From: Phoronis australis
Taxonomy: Eukaryota > Animalia > Phoronida
Direction of reading: 5' to 3'
Assembly: GCA_002633005.1 (NCBI GenBank)
Contig: NMRA01000362.1
Location: 124,001-188,000 of the forward strand
Length of the DNA stretch: 64,000 nucleotides
In this document: positions 55,629 through 64,000 of the stretch, piece by piece
How positions within the stretch are numbered: the stretch's first letter is position 1
Layout: each line of letters begins with the position of its first letter
The notes under the pieces: model-generated
Told to the model about the DNA's origin: nothing
What the model saw: the letters and a program-made list of their open reading frames with translations, nothing else
Databases searched by the model: none
Translations under genes and position numbers: made by a program

Positions 55629-57263
55629 GTAAGAATTTTACATCCATTGGCTCGTTTTCGATAATTGATTTGCGGTGTCAATATTGCAGTAAATCAGCCA
55701 AAGGCAACATATATTGTCAGGTTGGGCTACATGTAATTCGGGCAAAAGTTTAGTATACTAAGTTCGGGTGATTTGTGAATACAGGAATCGAAGTTGCCAC
55801 CCACTGACCCACGCCAACTTCAGTCAGCACAGTGAGGGACCTGTCTAAAATTCGATCAATATACAATTCATACACTGTAGCTCTTAACGTATCCCCATTT
55901 CTTAAGCATGTTTACTGTAGGCTAAGGCGCGTCCCTGAACTTTCGAGCCTCATATTTTTTATAACAACGAATACTCTCAACTAGATTTGCTAGTCTGGCA
56001 CGATATGTAGTGCTGTATTTGCAGTATCGTGTTTTCTTCATGGGTGTACCAATCCACGTAGGGAAAATGTGCCAGGAGTGCACTGTCAGACAGCATTTTT
56101 CATTGAATTTTTTTGCGTGTGATGACATTTCAACAATGTAAACATACGCGGAAGCAGTTCTGCGCTTAAACCTATTTCAGATGAGATACACTTCTCTTGA
56201 AAAGATGCGAAGCATGACATCGGTTGAAAATTGTGCAACGTTTGGCACGAGTGTCAGGTCGGCCCACACCAGATACGACAAGCAGTTAAATTACGTTTCT
56301 TATTTTGTTCTCAACCATGCAGTGCACGATCCAGTGTTGAAACTGTTCACACTATTAACCGTTTCAAAAAAACAACGGAAAGATTTGTTTATTCACAAAT
56401 TTGCCCACAAGCTAGTTCTTTTATCAGCATGTTCACAAATACAAACAAACCACATTCACTTGGTCTACATACAATACCTAACTAAAAATGCCCCTCAAGC
56501 CTGCCCTGGAAGTGCGAATTGACAGCGGCCGCAGCCTAACTGTTCAGTGCCACCTTATTGGACAAATGCATTATTGGACCCGTCACCGGCCGAGGTTTCG
56601 ACCGAGAGTGTCCGAAACGGGCTCTACCCAGAGTGCCCCGGTCGAGAGCACCTTGTCTCAGTGCATTAAAATCTGATATGGAATTTTCTATTTGACGTCA
56701 CTGGAATTTCCGGCTGTGTTTTTACAATATTTGTTTTTGGCTACAACTGTTGCCAGATTATCCTACGAGATTTTCAAAAGTTGATGTACTTTTCTGACCA
56801 AGTGTGACATTGTTGAAAGTTTTTTCAGAGGTGCGTTCAGTAAGAAGACTTTTTCAATTAGGCAAGATCAATCAATTCTTCTGCAGGTGTTTCTAAAATA
56901 TTTCAAGCGGACCATGTGATCTCACCAGCTTTCTCCTGCACGTGACCAGCTGAGGGCGCTGTTCTGTACAGCACACAACCTCAGGTTGCATTGAGCAAGA
57001 AAAATGTAGCTGAGTGCCCGAGTCGATCCAATCCCTCAGTTCAGCACTCCAACCTCAGACACCAATCACTCGACTAGTGCCCATCATTTTGTTAGAATAC
57101 ATGTACAGTACGTGTATGGTAGTGGGCTCTCGAGTACAATTACGAACACTCGCCTTTCATTGGCTTGCTTTTCAGAGATCTTGTTATTTGAAGACACCCA
57201 CGGTTTGCTTCCCTCATGCACGGATCTTAAATGCTTGAACACTTTTTGCTGTTGATTTACAGA

Positions 57264-60200
57264 ATGTCGACCAGCATGCCCTTGTCAGCTGTTTGTGTGA
57301 GCGGATTCAACGAAACGGTTACAGAGGAAGAACTCGAATTATTCTTCGAAAGCCCGAAAAGGACGGGCGGGCGGGATATTGTGGGGCTCAGAGTGGATAG
57401 AACATGCAATGTGGCCGTAATCGATTACGGATCGGTTGAAGGCGAGTATATTTACAATTATAATATTGAAATCTTTTCCAACGCATTTTCGTATTCTACT
57501 ACGTCTGACTTAGACTATGAAGCAAGGACTAAATCGATGTGATTTGAATGTCTGACCGGTTAGTTATACACCTCAAGTCTTGGTGAGTCATAGTAGTAGC
57601 AGCTACTACTATGTTGCAACAAATCTCGTTTTTTGAAAGGATATTTACAAATAGATGTACAATTTCAAAAAGTACAACTTTTATTTTCCTTAAAATTATG
57701 GAAGTTGATTGATTGTGTGAAAGTGCTCTAAACATTTCTCAATCATAAAGGTGTCAATAACACACTAGTTATTTGTTTACAACACGCGCAGTCGTAGCAT
57801 AGATTCAAATATGTCATTTACGCATCCAAATATGGAAGCAATCGGAACTCAAGCGTCATTTTGCGGTAGGCCTACTGTCCTTTGCAAAAACATCTTAAGA
57901 AACTGCACATTTTGTAAATCATCAGATGAAACTAGACTAACTTGGTTCTTGGTGTAGTTGTAAAGTTGGATCTGCACAAAGTGTAGCTTATGAAACTACT
58001 GTAAAATTGGGCAGGAGGATTATTTCGAGAAATATGAATATCGATGGTGAAAGCTGTGGCCTTAGAATTGTTAAAGTAATGCCTGCCCTACAATTGCAGT
58101 TGCCAGGGCCGTCTCTGAACATCAACAACTGACCCTGAAAGGCTTCCTTCTGTCAGTCATTCAGTGCTGCCCAAATTATGAAATCAGCTCTTGTAATCCT
58201 ATGCGAGTTGACGAGACTCAGGACAACGAGTCGGTAGAGAAGGAAAACCTGCAAGGAAGCGAAACATCTGACAACGCAGCCCAAAAGTTTACTATAAATG
58301 CAGATGAAGAAGGTACATACACTTACATGTAGATGTTTGGTTTAATTTCACAAGCTTCGCTTCCTTTACCTTTGCTAAAATGATGTCTTTATATACATGT
58401 ACACACCAAAAAACGAGACAAAATTGAGCAAAGCTTTGGACGAAGTTTATATACAAAAAATAGAACTTTACCCATGATAAAATATAACTATCCATAATGT
58501 ACACGCTTTTTAAGTCTATGAAATTTTCAGCAACTTCTGTTATGGATTGTGACGACAAAGAACACCACACAGAGCAAAGTGAAGTGAAACAGGGCAATGT
58601 GTTTGACAACAATAAGGTTTTCGTCCGAAACATCGCCGAATGTGTCACATACGATGGCTTGTTGAATTACATGGAAAGCAAATCCAAATGTGAAGTTGAC
58701 AGGATATGCTTTGGAGCCCATCCCGGCAGTGCAATAATTTCCTTCAAAGAGAAACCAGGTATATTTGGTGTTACCTCGTACAAGACGAATGCTATAGTAC
58801 TGGAACATAGCCAGGTGCAATAATAAAACATTGATCAACAGCACTGGTCAGCATTCAACTTACGTGTATTTGTCTACATTGTGCATGAACAAAGTAAATC
58901 AACAAACCCAATAGATTAAGCTGTGGCACAACTCGCTTAAGGTATAATGCTGAGGGTTAGTGGAATTTGAAGCCAGATGAGTTACACTTCATTCACTGGG
59001 AAACATTGCCTCTGTTGCGCGCAAAATTCCAGTTCTAAGTTTAACAATAAGATGCTTCTGGACATTGATCATTGTAGATATCCCAACACTGCAGAGCAGG
59101 TGTACAACACGACCTCTGGAGGGTTCCACGTTAGATGTGGAGTATGTCAAAAGGTGTTCTTCTGTTCAAGTACACGACCTACCTGAGAGTTGTACACAAG
59201 ACGCCCTTTGGAATTACTTTGAAACACGACGAAGTGGTGGTGACGAAGTGGAAGATGTTAGGATGTTCGAGGGTTGCTCATTTGCTGTGGTGACTTTCAA
59301 AGATCCATCAGGTCATTTTTGCTGTTATGTTCTCATTGGTTTGGATTGTACAAAATGTTTAATGCCGGACACTAAGATCTTCGTGTTTGAATCTGAATAA
59401 TTATGACCAGCTTCCAATTGATTGACTCATCCCAATAACCATGAACCCAAATTTATTGTTTTAGTTGTGGACAGGGTTTTACTTAAACCCCAACATTCCA
59501 TCAACTCCACGGAGTTAAAGGTGTCTTCATTCTACGAGCAGAATGGATGCAGACATCCCAAGGACGACCTCTCGAAACCTCTTCCTAGGATTTCACCTGA
59601 AGTTAGGGTCGGTCCACTTGATGAAGATGTCATGTCGTACATACTCGATCGAGACTGTGTCCGCTGCTCAATTAGCAATGACTTGGAGAAAGTTAACGCG
59701 GTGGTTTTGTGGGACTCTTGCACCAATGACACGCTGATTATTTCCTCCACTTTGAAAGCAACGTCACCCGACGTAGTTGCTCTATCCACAGATTGGAAAA
59801 ACAACGTAAATGAAGCCATTGCGTCTCTCTTGGCACTGTATGATACCAAAGAGACAATAGTTTCGACGAAAGTGTTGGGTAAGCGGTCTGGGAAGCTCGA
59901 AGTTTGTGATAACAAAGCCATTCAAATCAACGTTAACCCATGCGAAGGAAACGATGAACAACTTCTCGTCAGAATCACAGGCCCAAAAGAATTGGTTGAT
60001 AATGCTGTGAGGACTCTAGCGACTCAGACTGCAAGCCAAATAACTGAATGCGTTGAAAAAGTTAAAGAGTGTGAAACTTACTATTTAAAGGAAATTGGAT
60101 TTGAAACTTTGCTGTCAGGGTGCATGGTCGATTCTACAAGTAACGAAGTGAAATTCTCGGGAAGCATGGAACACGTGACAAGAGCAAAGGCACGCTTGTA

Positions 60201-63200
60201 CGAAGAACTGTACAGTCTCACGTCAACTAAAGTTGTTTTGTCCCCTGAATGTGTCAAATTACTGTCCAAGCAGGAATGCTCAGACTACATCAGTCGTCGA
60301 CTGAACGAGGCTGGGGTAAAAGCCGCTTGGCGGGTTTCAGGAAGCGATATTGAGTTGTATTCAAATAGTGAGGACCGGGTTAAAGACGCAGCAAACATGC
60401 TAACGCAAGAGCTGTGCCAAGAATCTTTGATGATACCAGCTGGTCTGAAATGTGCGTTTCAAGAGCCAGCTTGGTTCGAAATGAAAACTGAGCTGCACAA
60501 CAAGTATACGAATTTGGTACAAATCGCAGAAGACAGAGACAACGGGGTACTAACCGTCACCTCTACGCGTCCTGTCCTCCACGATGTCAAGACCGCTTTC
60601 CAAGATTACATCAATCGAACTGGCTCTACTCAGACGTCGACTGAACAAAAGAGCAAAGAAGGCGAAGCCCCTAGTGAGTATAAGTAATATTAAGATGGCA
60701 CGAAACGACGTGCCACTCCTTTGCTTTGAATTGGCAGACTTGGTCGGTATAAAATCCAAGAACATCACAAATAAAATTAAAGTTACATGTATATCCCAAA
60801 CATACCACCGTAACTAAATTAGACTGGTACCCAAGCCAAATCTCAGGCTGATCTACGAAAATGATTGCGAACAGTTGTTATTTCATGTTTGCTCATAGTC
60901 AAAGCCAAAGTTAAACGCAGCTGAAAAAAGAAATAAAGATAGCATTAAGTCAAACAAATCATTCTCTGTTGATTGATCTTTAATGTGCTATACAACTGAG
61001 GGAGTCTTTCTTAATGTTTTTCGTTTGCTGCATTTCACTCTCAGGCGATTGTGCTACACTGTATGTCCATGGGACTGTGAAGTGTTTTTTATCGATTTCA
61101 GACACGAAGTGTCTTTTTCATTAAAATCAAAGTGTCTACACTAGAGTATGCTAAAGTATTTCTGAATATGCCATTACTGTAAAATTTGGTGTGACCAGCG
61201 ATATTTCAAGGATAATAACAAAACGTCAACACACAATTAACATTTTTCAAATAATTAGTTGAAATAAAAGATAATATTCGAAGGTTTTACAAATTATTCA
61301 ATGTCATTAAACAACAAATGTGTTGCAGCTTTTTGGTGATGTGTGGTAAACTACTATAAGAAAAGTTCGCATGGCACTAATTGCGAAAATTTTGTCGTAA
61401 TTTCCACGATTTGTATGACTGAAAAATGAACCTAACGAAATAACCAATACTGAACATGAACTTAAATAAAGCATTTTAGCACGTTATGTTTGCATGTTCA
61501 TCACATTTTTTTGTCATGACAACACTGTGCAAGGTGTAAACACGAAATCGTGGACATTAAAAATCAACTTCAAAACATTCTTAACATTTGAATATTGGCT
61601 TTATAATTTCAAGCATGTCAAACTTCAGATATTTTCCCTGATTTGCGAAACGTCACATTCACTGAATAGTCCTTATCGTCTTTGTCGTAATGAGATCTTC
61701 TTCCTTGGTGAAGGTCAACAAAGCACTGTAAAAGTGACAGGATTTGGTGCCACTACCGACCCCGAGGCCATCGAACTGTTCTTTGAAGACTTGGAGACAT
61801 CTGGCGGCGGGGACATCAAGAGACTAACCTTTGATGACGTGAATGGTGTTGCAGTGATAGAGTTCGAGGAGTCGTGTGGTAAATGACCATACACAGTAGT
61901 TTCAACTCGCTGAGATTAATTAACATACATGTGCAGCCCTAATAAGAGTTACATCTATGTATTTAAGTATATGCGTGGTTACAAAACTGAATAAGTCGTA
62001 ATGTTGTGTAATGTCCGTATTGTTTACCAAGGCTCCACTTGCTTCTTTTTTAGTTGCACAGCGTATTCTGGAGAACAAGGCTCTAGTTTTCAACGATTGT
62101 AAACTTGTGGCAAGTCTCCACACAGAACACCAGCCTACCGATGTGAACGTGGCACTGAGGGTGACTGGATTCGATCAAAGTACAACTAACGAAATGTTGA
62201 AGTTGTTCTTTAAAAATCGGAAGAAAAGTGGCGGGTTTGATCTTAAAAGTCTGCGCGTTAATCAATGGAGAACTGCAGCTTTAGTCGTGTATGAGAGCGC
62301 TGAAGGTGAAATGTTTCGTCCACATAACATTTCAAAAATCTCTTTTCAATGTTCGATCTACACCAAGTAGTTGTACTTACCGATTCATTTTTCGAATCAC
62401 GTGATATTCATGTTCGGGGTGGCCAAAAAGTTATCCACGTTTTGCTTCTTAAAACATTTTCAAAAAAAACAATTAACTTTACAAATCGGAACTAAACTTC
62501 TCAACCAAACAAGAAATAGAATGCTCGTTCGTTGCCATTTTTAGGTTTGTTAAAGTTTCACTAAGAGTCTATAAGCCAGCCTAAAAATCCAACTTTTGAC
62601 TTGTTTCTTTCTTTGATGAGAAGAAATGTTTATGTTTCTAAAGAACTGATAGTTCGTTTTCTTGAGACCATGCTCGGCACTTAGAAAAACACGCATTGAC
62701 GCTAGGGGAAGGCGGAGAGGTAAAACACGATCTGATACACTAACAAAACAACAGTCGTCTAACACTCTTCCGGTTCTTTTACATTTTAGTTGCGGAGCTT
62801 GTAGCCAGTAAACCTGAGCTAAAACTTCAAGGAAAAGTGCTTTCTGCTGAGCTGTGTTCCGCAATCGACGACATTGAAATATACGACGAAGAGTACTTGT
62901 CAATGACAGCAGTGCGCGTCACAGGGTTCCACCACACCACATCAAACGACACACTGGAGTTGTTTTTCGCCAATAAACAAAAAAGTGGAGGCGGTCAAGT
63001 TAAACTTGCGAAAGTGAATGAGCGACGTACTACAGCACTGATTGACTACGGTTGCCGACATGGTATTTTGTTTATGGCAACTCTCTTATGTTTCACAATC
63101 ACAACTCGTGAGAGGGTTACATACTTTGATTTTGTTGGGTTTTGTTTTGTTTTGTGCCCCAAACTGCTTCGAAATCGTTGACTTAAAATTATGCTGAACC

Positions 63201-64000
63201 CTGTTGTGATGATTTTAAGCAAGGCATGTATAATATGAACTTTGGCTTTATAGAAGTGAGTGATTATCTGTAATTTTGCTTAATCAGCTCAATGCAGAGG
63301 TAACCTCAATACTTCTTTAAATGTCTGTTGGTGTCACAGTCTAACACATGGGCCAGGTAGGCTAGGGTTTGAATCGCTTTAAGTACCGATACTTGATTCG
63401 GAAAACTGTCTTTGGTCCGTATAGTTTCAAGCCTGTGATTTGTATTATACTGGCAGATATTGAGATGATTCGTATCTCCACCTTCCTTTTGAAACCTCCA
63501 TGCGGATAACAGTGGTAGCTTTAATTAGAAAATTTGAACGAAACAGGTCTCGAATCAGATGTGAATAGCGTTTCATTATTGGTGTTTCGAATTTATTAGC
63601 ATAAACATGTAATTGATCACCCTGACAACGATGACCTCGCATTGGTAATGTTTCACCTTACTGTTTCAGTTGCACAACGTGTTGCCGGAAGGGAAGGGTT
63701 ACAATTGGATGACTCTATGCTGTCTGCTGTCTTATGTAGACCTGACGAGGACATAGACAGCACGCCGTCAATTAGCAGAGCTGCCCTTGGACGGATAGCA
63801 AACATTGGAAATCTTTATGACATCAGAAGTGACAACGTTTTGGTGAGTACAAAAATGTGGCTGTAATTTACTTAACAATTCCTACCCTGTACCTGTCTTC
63901 ATTATGTCATTTTCATTATTGTAAATACTCTGGCTGTTTATTACCATCTGTTTATTTGTTTCATCTCTCTTAATCAAATTTTCATCAGATGTCGTCATTC
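57264..64000 (+). CDS. 5' part of a gene encoding six PARP14/NMI-IFP35-type RRM repeats plus a KH-like block, followed by the start of a stonustoxin-family (MACPF/CDC-like) domain; continues beyond the window
   Basis: Exons 57264-57441 (GC donor), 58100-58312, 58531-58758, 59078-59311, 59465-60673, ~61714-61878 (acceptor least certain), 62054-62305, 62790-63062, 63670-63842, 63989->. Repeated motifs LELFFESPKRTGG / LWNYFETRRSGGDEV / IELFFEDLETSGGGDI / LKLFFKNRKKSGG / LELFFANKQKSGGGQV are typical of PARP14/PARP10/NMI-IFP35 RRMs. Exon 5 has KH-like segments (VRITGPKELVDNA, VKFSGSMEHVTRAKARLYE). Exon 9 ends RAALGRIANIGNLYDIRSDNVL. Confidence 0.88.

Noticed and set aside
57264-64000. Naming the plus-strand gene PARP14, NMI or IFI35
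   Set aside because: Only the RRM/KH-type N-terminal modules match. No macro, WWE or ART domain is visible, and the following sequence resembles the stonustoxin family.

Overview
AT-rich, intron-rich animal genomic DNA; a marine invertebrate, probably lophotrochozoan or mollusc-like, which is an inference from sequence style only. The ORF track is mostly noise, so I rebuilt genes by hand from splice sites and intron phase. (1) A complete 17-exon SMYD4-like TPR-SET-MYND lysine methyltransferase lies on the minus strand (38129->15163, 748 aa). Its exons 5-7 occur twice, on either side of a single N at 30921, most likely because two haplotypes were joined there; one copy ends in a Penelope-like GIY-YIG insertion with inverted repeats. 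(2) 41.7-52.3 kb holds a compact cassette: a 2-exon, kinase-domain-only non-RD kinase and three intronless orphan ORFs. (3) From 57264 to the window end, a plus-strand gene has six PARP14/NMI-IFP35-type RRM repeats and a KH-like block. Its last visible full exon switches in frame into a stonustoxin-family (MACPF/CDC pore-forming) N-terminal signature, RAALGRIANIGNLYDIRSD. A TATA promoter with paired AP-1 and GAS (STAT) sites lies upstream. This sensor-like/pore-former fusion is the best candidate for an undescribed innate-immune system. The rest is a LINE RT relic, MITEs and minisatellites.
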